Positions 21,275 through 30,423 of a DNA stretch of 64,000 nucleotides are shown here, piece by piece; position 1 is the first letter of the stretch, and each line of letters starts with the position of its first letter. Source of the stretch: an uncultured Bacteroidales bacterium (GTDB lineage: Bacteria > Bacteroidota > Bacteroidia > Bacteroidales > UBA1402); the NCBI GenBank assembly GCA_964488495.1, contig CAZAUQ010000004.1:5316-69315 (forward strand). Direction: 5' to 3'. The notes under the pieces were generated by a model. It saw only the letters and a list, made by a program, of their open reading frames with translations, ran no database searches and was not told the DNA's origin. A program made the position numbers and the translations under genes.

Positions 21275-22051
21275 TCAATGGTATTTTTGGGTAAAGGGAT
21301 AACGCAATGCCAGAATGAAATGGGCTCCCAGTGTGGCGCAGAGTCCAAAATGCCTGCGCATAATGCTAAAACGTTCCTGCAAGGATTTCTTACGTTGTCT
21401 GGCCGAAATGCCCGATACCATAAAGCGGGAGATATAGCTGTCGATGTAAGTGTTTTGACAGGAAAGCGACAACACTCTGCATACCCAGTCGTAATCGGCC
21501 GATATGCGGTATTGCAGCTCGTATTCCGGAGCCAGGCTTCTGCGAACCAAAATAGACTGATGGCAGACAACCAGTCCCTTGAGCAGACTCCTTTTGCTTA
21601 GTTTTGCGGGAGCTGTCTTATGTCTTTCGCCCAGAGTCTTGTCGTTCTGGTCAATTATCAGCGATTGTCCGTATAATACATCGCTTTTGGGAAAATCTTC
21701 CAGCTTTTTCAGTATGAGCTCCAGGCTGTTGTTGTCGTAGATTTTATCGCCGGCATTAATAAACCACACAAATTCTCCCCGGGCCATCCTTAGTCCTTTG
21801 TTCATAGCGTCGTACAGTCCGTTGTCGGCCTCGCTGATCCAGCGGAATTGATCAGGCCCGATGGCAAAGTGACCTTGGCTAACCAAATCGACGTAATGCC
21901 GGATGATGTCGGTAGTATTGTCGGTCGAAGCTCCGTCCACCAGCACATATTCAAAATCGGAACAAGTCTGATTCAATACACTCAGGATGGTTTTTTCCAA
22001 CCACCGGCCGGCGTTAAACGTGATGGTTATGAGCGTGACTTTGGGAGACAT
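21275..22051 (-). CDS. glycosyltransferase family 2 (soluble)
   Basis: VTLITITFNAGRWLEKTILSVLNQT...VDGASTD GT-A motif. Trimmed to the ATG at 22051. Confidence 0.85.
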   Translation of the reverse strand: MSPKVTLITITFNAGRWLEKTILSVLNQTCSDFEYVLVDGASTDNTTDIIRHYVDLVSQGHFAIGPDQFRWISEADNGLYDAMNKGLRMARGEFVWFINAGDKIYDNNSLELILKKLEDFPKSDVLYGQSLIIDQNDKTLGERHKTAPAKLSKRSLLKGLVVCHQSILVRRSLAPEYELQYRISADYDWVCRVLSLSCQNTYIDSYISRFMVSGISARQRKKSLQERFSIMRRHFGLCATLGAHFILALRYPFTQKYH

Positions 22052-22070
22052 CTTGTTGTAGTAATGCTGT

Positions 22071-24533
22071 TTACTTAGTCGGTTTCTGTGCCCTTTTTTT
22101 GAAGGTTTTAAATCCGGCAAATCCCAAAAATCCCACAATAAACAGCCCCACCACTATTGAGGACCATAAGGATAAAGCAGCGCTTTTATTGTAAACCTCG
22201 TCTACGCATTTAAATTCAATGACATGTTGGCCTGCAGGAATTTCCAGTCCGCGCAGGATATAATTTACCCTGAGCAAAGGCGCTTGTTCTCCGTCGATAT
22301 ATACTTGCCAGGTTTTGTAGTATACTTCAGAAAATACCGCTAACTGAGCGTTCGGATTGTTGCTTTCGTAGAACAGATTCCCGGGATTCCTGTAATCTGA
22401 CAGACGAATATGGGCTGTCGAGTCGGTGATTTGTTCCAGAGCGGAACTGTTTGGTAATAAATCTTGCCAGGCTTTGTCGATAAACACCTCTTTGGCAGGA
22501 TTAAAATCCTTCAGGGCTACAATTTCAGCGTCGGGACCGTCAACCCAGGAAATTTTCTCCACAAACCAGACATTGCCCAAGGCTTGCGAATTTCGTTGAA
22601 CCACGGTTTTGCCCTGCTGTTCCTGCGAGGGCAGAATAATATAACGGGTATTCAGCATATTCAGCACATTCATGTTGATGCCTCCCGAAAAATGGTAATC
22701 AATAATATCCTGATATCTCCTGAGTTTGGCTCCACTGTAACCTCCGATGGATTTATGAAAATATGAGGTGCGGGCATCGTTAAAAGTACTGGTGCTCAAA
22801 TTGAGTACCCGGTAATTGGGATCTTTGTCTTGTAAAATTTGCAAGTCAGCTTCGGTGGGTAGAATTTCTTTGGCCTTTTGTTTAGGCACAAAATCATCGT
22901 GATTTAAGTAACGTGTATCTACTGTCCAAAGATCCACGGCAATAAGTAATCCCAATCCTATAACGAAGTAGATTTCTTTGAAGGGTTTTTTGATAAAGAA
23001 CCATATCAGAGCAAAGGCCAGCAAAATATACAGAAAAGAACGCCAGGCATCGGAACGCAGCATGGTTTGCCTGTCGGCCTTGAGCGCATCTACCAGCCAG
23101 GCAGGGTAATTAGCGTCGGAGCTTCCTGAAAAATCCAACAGGCTGCTGCCAAATAACGCAAAAATCAGAGAAATACCGCCAACGATCGCGAATGATAAGC
23201 TTAAGGGTTTAATATAGGTCTTTACAAACTGAGCCTCCTTACTGTGATCCAGGAGTTCTTTCAGAGCAAGAATCCCCAGGGCGGCCATGGCCAGGTTGGC
23301 AATAACCAGCGACATAGAGGGAACCCTGAATTTGTTGTACAGAGGCAAATAATTGAAAAGAAATTCATTGAAAGCCGTGAAATTTTGCCCCCAGGACATC
23401 AGTATAGTCAAAACGGTGGCCAGCAACAACCACCATTTTTCAGGGCCTTTTACAATAAACAATCCCAGGACAAAAAGAAAACAAATGATGGCGCCGGCAT
23501 ATACCGTACCCGATGTAAAGGGTTGTTCTCCCCAATAAGTGGGAGCTGCACGACAAAATTGCCTGGCCTGGCCGGTGCTTCTCAATTGTTTATAACATTC
23601 TGAATCCGTCCCCAGGGCATAATGAGAACTGCCTCCGTAAAAATTGGGGATGAGTAAGGTCATAGTTTCACCCTTACCGTAGCTCCAGGCAAAAGCATAA
23701 TCGATTTCCAGCCCGGTACTTTCTTTTTTGCCTTCGGGATTGGTTTGTAAAACCGCTCCTCCGCGCATGCTTTCTTTGGCATAATCGGCCGAGGGAATCA
23801 GAAATCCCAGGGCAGGAAGTGTGGCTAAACCTGCCAGCACAAGCAATACCGCAGAAGAAAGTAAAAAATGCTTCAGTTGTTTTTCTTTGAAGGCGAAAAC
23901 CAGGTAAACCAGAGCTAGTATGACTATGGTCAAAACAAGGTAATAGGTGATTTGCTGATGCCCCCAAAGTATATTCAGGCCGGTAAAAATTAAAGTAATC
24001 AGTCCGCCCGCAATAAATTGCCTGCGGTAACAGAGGATAATGCCTCCCAGGATAGGTGCCATGGTCGCCATTACCAAGCCTTTATTCATATGCCCCGCTT
24101 CAATAATAATGAAATTGTAGGAAGCAAAAGCGTAAGCGATGGCTCCTATCATGCTCAGCCAGGGCTTACAACCCAGGGCCAGCAGAAATATATAAAAACC
24201 CAGTAAGGCAAGGAAGATTTGTCCGAGATGCAATTTGGATAAACCTAAAGTTAATATTTCACCGAATATGCGAAAAACATTAGTAGTAGGAGGCATAGCT
24301 GTGTAGTTGGCAGGCATACCTCCAAACATGGTATTAGACCAAAAGGCGTTTTCGCCGGTTTCCAGAAAATGTTCTTTTATGTCTATTCCCGTGGCGTTGG
24401 CGTTAGTAACATCGCCCTGAACCAAGTCTTTGCCCTCAAAAGCGGCAGGAGCAAAATAGATCAGCGTAATGATTAAAAACACCGCGAGGGCTAGCAGATG
24501 TGGTAGTACCTGGCCGAAAGTTTTGGTTTTCAT
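22071..24533 (-). CDS. YfhO family membrane protein (GT-C-like)
   Basis: 820 aa with many N-terminal helices, a large C-terminal soluble part and a terminal TM helix. The N-terminal pattern (...FWSNTMFGGMP...) is as in Bacteroidota YfhO-family proteins. Confidence 0.8.
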   Translation of the reverse strand: MKTKTFGQVLPHLLALAVFLIITLIYFAPAAFEGKDLVQGDVTNANATGIDIKEHFLETGENAFWSNTMFGGMPANYTAMPPTTNVFRIFGEILTLGLSKLHLGQIFLALLGFYIFLLALGCKPWLSMIGAIAYAFASYNFIIIEAGHMNKGLVMATMAPILGGIILCYRRQFIAGGLITLIFTGLNILWGHQQITYYLVLTIVILALVYLVFAFKEKQLKHFLLSSAVLLVLAGLATLPALGFLIPSADYAKESMRGGAVLQTNPEGKKESTGLEIDYAFAWSYGKGETMTLLIPNFYGGSSHYALGTDSECYKQLRSTGQARQFCRAAPTYWGEQPFTSGTVYAGAIICFLFVLGLFIVKGPEKWWLLLATVLTILMSWGQNFTAFNEFLFNYLPLYNKFRVPSMSLVIANLAMAALGILALKELLDHSKEAQFVKTYIKPLSLSFAIVGGISLIFALFGSSLLDFSGSSDANYPAWLVDALKADRQTMLRSDAWRSFLYILLAFALIWFFIKKPFKEIYFVIGLGLLIAVDLWTVDTRYLNHDDFVPKQKAKEILPTEADLQILQDKDPNYRVLNLSTSTFNDARTSYFHKSIGGYSGAKLRRYQDIIDYHFSGGINMNVLNMLNTRYIILPSQEQQGKTVVQRNSQALGNVWFVEKISWVDGPDAEIVALKDFNPAKEVFIDKAWQDLLPNSSALEQITDSTAHIRLSDYRNPGNLFYESNNPNAQLAVFSEVYYKTWQVYIDGEQAPLLRVNYILRGLEIPAGQHVIEFKCVDEVYNKSAALSLWSSIVVGLFIVGFLGFAGFKTFKKRAQKPTK

Positions 24534-24582
24534 AAGAGCAAATTTTTGTATGGAAGAGCAAAAATAGACAAATTGTAGGGAA

Positions 24583-25674
24583 TCAGCCTACTTTTAGATT
24601 CAATGTTTCTAATAATCTCAGGGCGATAGCCTTGGGGGAATAATGTTGCAACACAAAATTCCTTCCGTTTTCGGCGATTTGTTTTATCAGCTCGTTATTG
24701 CAGACAGAGGCTTCGAAATCGTTGGGATTATCCAGATCAATGCCCAGGTAATGAACCTTATTTTGAGGCATGACAGGCAGCTGACAACCGTATTTGTCAA
24801 AATCCACGTGTACCACACAGCAACCGGCCACCCAGGCTTCCCAAAGCCTCCAGGAGTCCCATTGCCTGACTCTGTCCCAGGGAAACAGAGGAATAAGATC
24901 GTTGAGTAAACGGGCAATTTTGGCGGTGTATTTGTTGTAATTGCCCCAAGGAATGGCAAAGACTCCTCCATAACAAGCGCAGGCAGCTGTTTTTGACAAT
25001 TTGTCGTAATATGAGGGATAATGCCTGCCTCCGGTTTGTTTCCAGAGCAATAAATCCTTGTCTGTCAGGTTTTCTTTAGTGGGGTCACTAATGCTGTTAT
25101 CCCAGATGAATTTTTTTTCAACAATAGCCCGGATACGACTGTTCAGATAATCTCTTAACTGATGCTTTATTCTGAAGTTAACCAAAAAGGCCTGTTCCCT
25201 TTGCTCGAACGGAAGCGGATGAACCGCTTCAATCATGCGATTGGATAAGCCAAACTGCCAGGGAATAAAGTTTTTTGGATACTTGTATTTGCTGTTGTAA
25301 TGACTTTTTAGAACGACATCGCAACTTTGAGCTCCTTTTTCGAAACCGGGGGTACGTACTCCGTCGGAGGCATCAATAAAAATAATTTTTGATCCGTTTC
25401 GGGGCTGCCTGGTTGTTTTCATTATAATGTCGTCGGCCTTCTTTTTCCCGACAAGCGTGTAGAGATTAAAATGGAAAAAGATCAAAGTCGCATTATTCAA
25501 ACGATAGCCTTTTTTATGTTGAATTAAAAATTCGTTCTTTTCCCCGGATTTATACATGGACCTGTCTCCAAAACACTGTATCCCCAATGCCTTCAGGCCC
25601 TCGACTAAACAGATATAATCGTGATAGGCAAAGGATGGATCGGGATGGCTATGACAGTAAAAATAAGCTTCCAT
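24583..25674 (-). CDS. hypothetical protein, possible GT1-like glycosyltransferase (CgeB / Glyco_trans_1_2-type C-terminus)
   Basis: 363 aa. Only the C-terminal ~90 aa are recognisable (SWRLWEAWVAGCCVVHVD...LIKQIAENGRNFVLQHYSPKAIALRLL). I do not recognise the N-terminal two thirds. Confidence 0.4.
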   Translation of the reverse strand: MEAYFYCHSHPDPSFAYHDYICLVEGLKALGIQCFGDRSMYKSGEKNEFLIQHKKGYRLNNATLIFFHFNLYTLVGKKKADDIIMKTTRQPRNGSKIIFIDASDGVRTPGFEKGAQSCDVVLKSHYNSKYKYPKNFIPWQFGLSNRMIEAVHPLPFEQREQAFLVNFRIKHQLRDYLNSRIRAIVEKKFIWDNSISDPTKENLTDKDLLLWKQTGGRHYPSYYDKLSKTAACACYGGVFAIPWGNYNKYTAKIARLLNDLIPLFPWDRVRQWDSWRLWEAWVAGCCVVHVDFDKYGCQLPVMPQNKVHYLGIDLDNPNDFEASVCNNELIKQIAENGRNFVLQHYSPKAIALRLLETLNLKVG

Positions 25675-25704
25675 ACAGATTCTTGGTATTTACAAATTTT
25701 TTTT

Positions 25705-26787
25705 TCAGGGACAAGTTTGGCTGTAAATGGCACAGGTTTCCCGAACCATTTTTTCAATACTGAATTGCCTGATTCTTATTTGTCCTGCTTTTCGTAATTT
25801 TTCTGCCTTTAATGGATCGTAGATAACTGAGGAAATTGCCGTCCGAATAGATTCTTTGTCCAGAGGATCAAAGTAGACAGCAGCCTCTCCTGCCACTTCG
25901 GGGAAACAACTGGCGTTGCTCAGACATATCGGACAATTATTTGCAAAGGCTTCAAGAACCGGAATGCCGAAACCTTCGTATAAGGATGGAAAAACAAAAA
26001 CCATGGCATGCCTATATAAAGAAAATAACACCTGATCGGAAGCATTGCAATGAATTAATTGTGAGTTGATCTCCAGGTTAATAAATAAATCAATTTCTTT
26101 TTTGGAAAAGGGTTTTCCCGTACAAATTATTTTAAGTTGTTTGTCCTTGTAAAGCAAAGGCGCTACAGCTTGAATAAAAGGAATGAAATTTTTATAATAA
26201 TTGCGTTCGCCTACAAAAAGAATATAATTCTCAAATAATTTATCGACAGAAGTTTTGGCTTGGGCATATCCGTGGTGAACAACGCTGATTTTAGCCGGAT
26301 CAATATTGTAGAACTCGACTATGTCTTTTTTGGTGTTTTCACTGACGGCAATAATATGCTGAGCTTTTTGCGCAAGAATTTTTTTTGTTTTTGCTTCTTT
26401 GTCGTAAAACAAAAACATATCAGCGTAACGCTCATGTATCATGTCGTGAATGGTCAGGACAAAAGGTTTCTTAAGGTATTTCAGGAATGAGGGGTCGTAA
26501 TAAGTTGGATGGAAAAGGTCGAATTCGTTTTTCTTGATTGTTTTCAGGGATAATGATTGATTCTTAAAATAATAGAATTGCCTTTTGATCCGGAAATTTT
26601 TTATGCATTGTATGCTTTCGTATTTTAATCCACTTAACTTTTGCAGATAATGGTTTTCGGAATAACGAATGGGGATTTCTTTACTGAAACCTTCAGGAAG
26701 GTTGGACATTAAATCTGCAAAATAACGGGTGATTCCTCCGTATTTTTGCATGCTAAACATTTGGTGATCGTAAAGAATTCTTAGCAT
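25705..26787 (-). CDS. glycosyltransferase family 4 (GT-B, retaining type)
   Basis: YGGITRYF N-terminus and the E-x7-E region PSLYEGFGIPVLEAFANNCP. Trimmed from the track ORF to the ATG at 26787, 1 nt after the upstream stop. Confidence 0.85.
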   Translation of the reverse strand: MLRILYDHQMFSMQKYGGITRYFADLMSNLPEGFSKEIPIRYSENHYLQKLSGLKYESIQCIKNFRIKRQFYYFKNQSLSLKTIKKNEFDLFHPTYYDPSFLKYLKKPFVLTIHDMIHERYADMFLFYDKEAKTKKILAQKAQHIIAVSENTKKDIVEFYNIDPAKISVVHHGYAQAKTSVDKLFENYILFVGERNYYKNFIPFIQAVAPLLYKDKQLKIICTGKPFSKKEIDLFINLEINSQLIHCNASDQVLFSLYRHAMVFVFPSLYEGFGIPVLEAFANNCPICLSNASCFPEVAGEAAVYFDPLDKESIRTAISSVIYDPLKAEKLRKAGQIRIRQFSIEKMVRETCAIYSQTCP

Positions 26788-26788
26788 T

Positions 26789-27562
26789 TCAGGGTGTATT
26801 ATTTCTAAGAAACAAATTATCTTTTTTTGTAAAACCGGAGTTATAACAGAAATAATGCAAGAACTTGAAAACGAAAAAATGAAATTTCCATTTAAAAGCG
26901 GAAATAGCTTTTTCTGTGAGAAGATGAAAATCTTTGCCGTTGGAATAAAAATGTAAATGATATTTTTCTGCAATAAATTTCAATGTTTTCCCGGAGTAGA
27001 AAGATATATGTTGTCCATGTTCAAAGGCATAATACCACCAGTCTTTATCCGGAATATCTGTGGGTTTTAATAGAGTGGAAAAAAATATGTTCTTGCTGAC
27101 GGTAAACATCTCCTCCAGTTCTTTCAAAGGATCATCAAAATGTTCGAACGATTCGAAAGAAGTAATCAATTCAATTGTTTCGGGATTGTGAGAAGCATAT
27201 TCAAAACCCGCAGACAACAAATTGGGTGCATACAAATCCTTCCAATAAAAATTATATCCTTTATCCCTCATAAGGCGGACGAACAAGCCATAACCTCCAG
27301 CCATGTCCAGATATGATGCTTTCTTATTAAAAAATAGTCTGATCAGACTCCTTGTTATTCTTGAACATAGTAAATTTCTCTGAACCAGTCCGGTATCGGT
27401 GATATTAATCGGATTGTTATAAGACTCTTTAAGCCAGTATGCTTGTTCGGTTTGAGTAAAATTACAATGGGGACAGTTGTAATAGCTGATTACATATTTC
27501 CCTAGGATTTCTGCTTTAAATGCGAAATGGGTTTCTTTATGGTATATTTTACAAACAGGCAT
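26789..27562 (-). CDS. class I SAM-dependent methyltransferase (N-terminal Cys/His-rich segment)
   Basis: SAM motif I LDMAGGYGLF, then ITSFESFEHFDDP. The N-terminal C-x3-H...CPHC segment may bind zinc. Confidence 0.75.
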   Translation of the reverse strand: MPVCKIYHKETHFAFKAEILGKYVISYYNCPHCNFTQTEQAYWLKESYNNPINITDTGLVQRNLLCSRITRSLIRLFFNKKASYLDMAGGYGLFVRLMRDKGYNFYWKDLYAPNLLSAGFEYASHNPETIELITSFESFEHFDDPLKELEEMFTVSKNIFFSTLLKPTDIPDKDWWYYAFEHGQHISFYSGKTLKFIAEKYHLHFYSNGKDFHLLTEKAISAFKWKFHFFVFKFLHYFCYNSGFTKKDNLFLRNNTP

Positions 27563-27578
27563 ATCTTTTTTGAAAGTA

Positions 27579-28436
27579 TTAATCTATCAATTCTTGTTTT
27601 TCAAATACATCAATAAAGGAAGTAAGATTGGTGTTTATCACATTAATCCTTTGGCTGCGGGCAAAGGCCGCAATTTCCGCGTAACTCTTAAAAGCGTAAT
27701 ACCAGGATAAAAATTGCTCATACATTTTAGTATTAAGAACAATGGCATTGCTTTGATTCGTGTTTCGGTAAAAATGAAGGTCATCGAGTCGTAACCTATT
27801 ATCAGCATCAACCCAAAGGTTTTTGATCCAGTCATTTTCTGCACCGGCAAGATAAATCGTTTGGTATCCAGAATAAATGCAGAGCATCAAAGCGGCACAA
27901 AGTACATTTTGTGCACGAGGCATTCCCCATTGAGCTGAATAAGAAAAATACGTAAAGCCTCTAAGTCCTTCAATTTTTGTTTTATTGAAATAGTTGAGAT
28001 GAATGAATTTGTTAGACGAAAGAATAGCATTGATAAATTTGCGTTTTCCGGCATTATGCGGAAGATATAACTGCAAATCCCAGGTTGTAGTGTCGGCCAG
28101 TACCTGATATAACTTCCTTACTTTTTCCCGAAGTATTTTATCGGAAGATTCAATCCAGAAAGCAGGATCGCACAAAACGTACAGGTTGGGTCTGTATGTT
28201 TGAAATTCAGGTGTGAAGCCCATAAAGTTAACTGCCAGTAAATCTGTTTTCTCAAGCATATCTTTATTCTTTTCCAGAGAAGATAAAAGTGAGGGGCCAT
28301 TCCCCATAATCAGGCAGGTATTTAATGTATGTGCTATTTTTCTGGTTTTTCTGAAAGAAGTATACCAGATTATTCGAATTATGGACAGAAATGTCTCATA
28401 CAGTTTAACAAGTATTTCGTATACTTTTATCAGCAT
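27579..28436 (-). CDS. GNGPSL-motif protein (DUF115 / MptE-like; Maf- or Cst-type glycosyltransferase candidate)
   Basis: IMGNGPSL at residues 43-50 (GNGPSL at nt 28287..28304) and a later QTIYLAGAEND segment. The spacing and chemistry resemble the GNGPSL ... YLSGID pattern of Campylobacter Cst sialyltransferases and DUF115 Maf proteins. This is motif-level evidence only. Confidence 0.5.
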   Translation of the reverse strand: MLIKVYEILVKLYETFLSIIRIIWYTSFRKTRKIAHTLNTCLIMGNGPSLLSSLEKNKDMLEKTDLLAVNFMGFTPEFQTYRPNLYVLCDPAFWIESSDKILREKVRKLYQVLADTTTWDLQLYLPHNAGKRKFINAILSSNKFIHLNYFNKTKIEGLRGFTYFSYSAQWGMPRAQNVLCAALMLCIYSGYQTIYLAGAENDWIKNLWVDADNRLRLDDLHFYRNTNQSNAIVLNTKMYEQFLSWYYAFKSYAEIAAFARSQRINVINTNLTSFIDVFEKQELID

Positions 28437-28440
28437 AGAG

Positions 28441-29454
28441 TCAGCGATATTTATTTATTACATCAATAATAGCCTGTTTTGCGGGAGTCATAAACGTACA
28501 GGGATAGCTCTGCATTCCTCTGGTTGCTTTCAGACCTTTTTGTTTGTAACGAGCGCGAAGCAATCCGCTAAACAGACGCAAAGATTTGACGGTTTCAAAT
28601 GTAAGCAACAATTTTCGTTTCTGGGTGATGCTGCTTTTTTCTTTTGGTTTTCGAATAATTTGTAAAATACGATTTTCGGCTTCTTCCAAAGGAATCTTGT
28701 CTTGTTTGGCCAATTCTGCAGCAAGAATTTCCAGAAAAGCAGAAAATTCCTGTTGGTATTCAGCCGCTGTACTAACCACCGAAATGGGTACCGTAGCTAC
28801 GGTTGCCGAATCATAGATATGCTCGCGTGCGCCGTAAAAACTGGGAATAGTAGCGTACTTGCCGTGAATGAGCGAAAAAAGGATAAAATACCATTCTGCC
28901 AGATATAAATTTCTAAAAACAGGCTGCCCGTCATTAATACAGGCCTGGTACATTTTTTTGAAAACAGTGGTTCTGATTACCCCGTACAAATGAGAAGCGT
29001 AGCAGTTGTTGTATTGGGCAAGACGCAGGGATGCCGTATCAGCCGTAATTTTATGATCAAAATTCCGGATATAACGCGGTGTAAATTCAATATTCTTTTT
29101 ATGAACTTCAAAGGTCAGATAATGTCCCTGAGCAACCGAGTAATCAGGGTTTTCCTCCAGAAAATGAATTATTTTATGCACAGCCCCGGGCACGATAAAA
29201 TCGTCGTCGGCACAAAAAAATACGTAAGGAGTCTCAATTTTGTTGAGAATTTCATAGATCTTTTTCAAAAATGTTTCCTGTGGAAAGTGCAGATAAGTGA
29301 TGTCCGGGAAATCAGTAGTAAATGGAAAGATCTTTGTTGAGGAGTCGGCCACAATAATATCAATATCCGATTTGCCGTAATAATCCAGCAAACGGCGCAG
29401 CCTGTCGGGTCTGTTGTGGGCTGGTATAATGACGCTTACAAGATGTTTCTTCAT
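28441..29454 (-). CDS. glycosyltransferase family 2-like protein
   Basis: VSVIIPAHNRPDRLRRLLDYY start and the FFCADDDF acidic motif of GT-A enzymes. I do not recognise the C-terminal half. Confidence 0.7.
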   Translation of the reverse strand: MKKHLVSVIIPAHNRPDRLRRLLDYYGKSDIDIIVADSSTKIFPFTTDFPDITYLHFPQETFLKKIYEILNKIETPYVFFCADDDFIVPGAVHKIIHFLEENPDYSVAQGHYLTFEVHKKNIEFTPRYIRNFDHKITADTASLRLAQYNNCYASHLYGVIRTTVFKKMYQACINDGQPVFRNLYLAEWYFILFSLIHGKYATIPSFYGAREHIYDSATVATVPISVVSTAAEYQQEFSAFLEILAAELAKQDKIPLEEAENRILQIIRKPKEKSSITQKRKLLLTFETVKSLRLFSGLLRARYKQKGLKATRGMQSYPCTFMTPAKQAIIDVINKYR

Positions 29455-29468
29455 GATAGATAGAATAA

Positions 29469-30416
29469 TTAGTGGCTATCGATCTTTGGAGTCTGATTTT
29501 TATCTGCCCTTAATACTCCTTTCCTGAAAAAATGCTCGGTGGAATGAACAAAACAGATATGTCCTTTGGTGACGGAAGCCCTATAACCAAAGCGAGTGAC
29601 AATGTTCCGGATGTTTTCTTCAGCTTCAGGTTTGTGGTAAGTACAAACAGCCAGTTTGGGATCATGTTTGTTCAGAAAATTACGGAAGCCCTCCAACGCT
29701 TCTTCTTCGAACCCTTCGATGTCCATTTTTATCAGGTTGGCAGTCAATCCTGTCTGTTGAATGTAATCATCGAGCGAAAGGGTGTTTTTTTGTTCATCGG
29801 TGATTCCTGCCACGTATTTTTCAACAATTGAAACCTTGTCGGCATAAGGCTTAAAAGTAAGTTTCAACGCTTTAATCCAATCGGGTGAGCATTCAAACAA
29901 CACGGCATGTTTTAATTCCTCGATGTGATCGAGAGTAATTAATCCTTCAGCCGCTCCTACATCAAACAAAACCTGATCTTTAAAAACATCAGGTGATTCC
30001 CAATAGCAATGCGGGGAATCCTTATCCTGCTCCAGCATCAGCCTGCGATAATCTCCGGCCATCGTCGTTGAATTAAAGCCCTCCGGCCAGTACAGTTTTT
30101 TCCCCTTATGCAACACATAGTGCATGTTGTTTGTTGCATCAAAGCCTGTTTCAACAGGAAGCTTTTGGTATTTTTCCACAAAATCACCAAGAAAGATCAG
30201 GCGGAATGAGCTCATGTTGAATCGGTGTTTTTTGAAATAACTTAAGTAATTCTTAAACTCTTCCGATAATTCATTCTGGTACTTGTAATAACCAAGTACC
30301 CTTTTTACATGAGGATAATTCCTTTTAGATTCAAGAATTCTATGCAATAGAATTGTATAGAAAAAAACTCTGATTTTTTCCGGAAATAATCTACGATATA
30401 CCGAAGTCAGGCTCAT
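29469..30416 (-). CDS. FkbM family methyltransferase
   Basis: FDVGAAEG SAM motif and IKMDIEGFEEEAL, the hallmark of FkbM-type methyltransferases. Confidence 0.8.
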   Translation of the reverse strand: MSLTSVYRRLFPEKIRVFFYTILLHRILESKRNYPHVKRVLGYYKYQNELSEEFKNYLSYFKKHRFNMSSFRLIFLGDFVEKYQKLPVETGFDATNNMHYVLHKGKKLYWPEGFNSTTMAGDYRRLMLEQDKDSPHCYWESPDVFKDQVLFDVGAAEGLITLDHIEELKHAVLFECSPDWIKALKLTFKPYADKVSIVEKYVAGITDEQKNTLSLDDYIQQTGLTANLIKMDIEGFEEEALEGFRNFLNKHDPKLAVCTYHKPEAEENIRNIVTRFGYRASVTKGHICFVHSTEHFFRKGVLRADKNQTPKIDSH

Positions 30417-30423
30417 TGTTCAA

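Noticed and set aside
20491-21570. N-terminal extensions in the ORF track. Examples: 20491-21570, 25705-26973, 36094-37854, 5444-6454, 58438-59772, 35796-36170, 909-4658, 46167-47579 and 56430-57440.
   Set aside because: The extensions overlap the preceding gene or begin at TTG/GTG codons. Internal ATGs give N-termini that match the family (signal peptides, conserved first motifs) and sit 1-30 nt after the upstream stop. I trimmed the coordinates accordingly.
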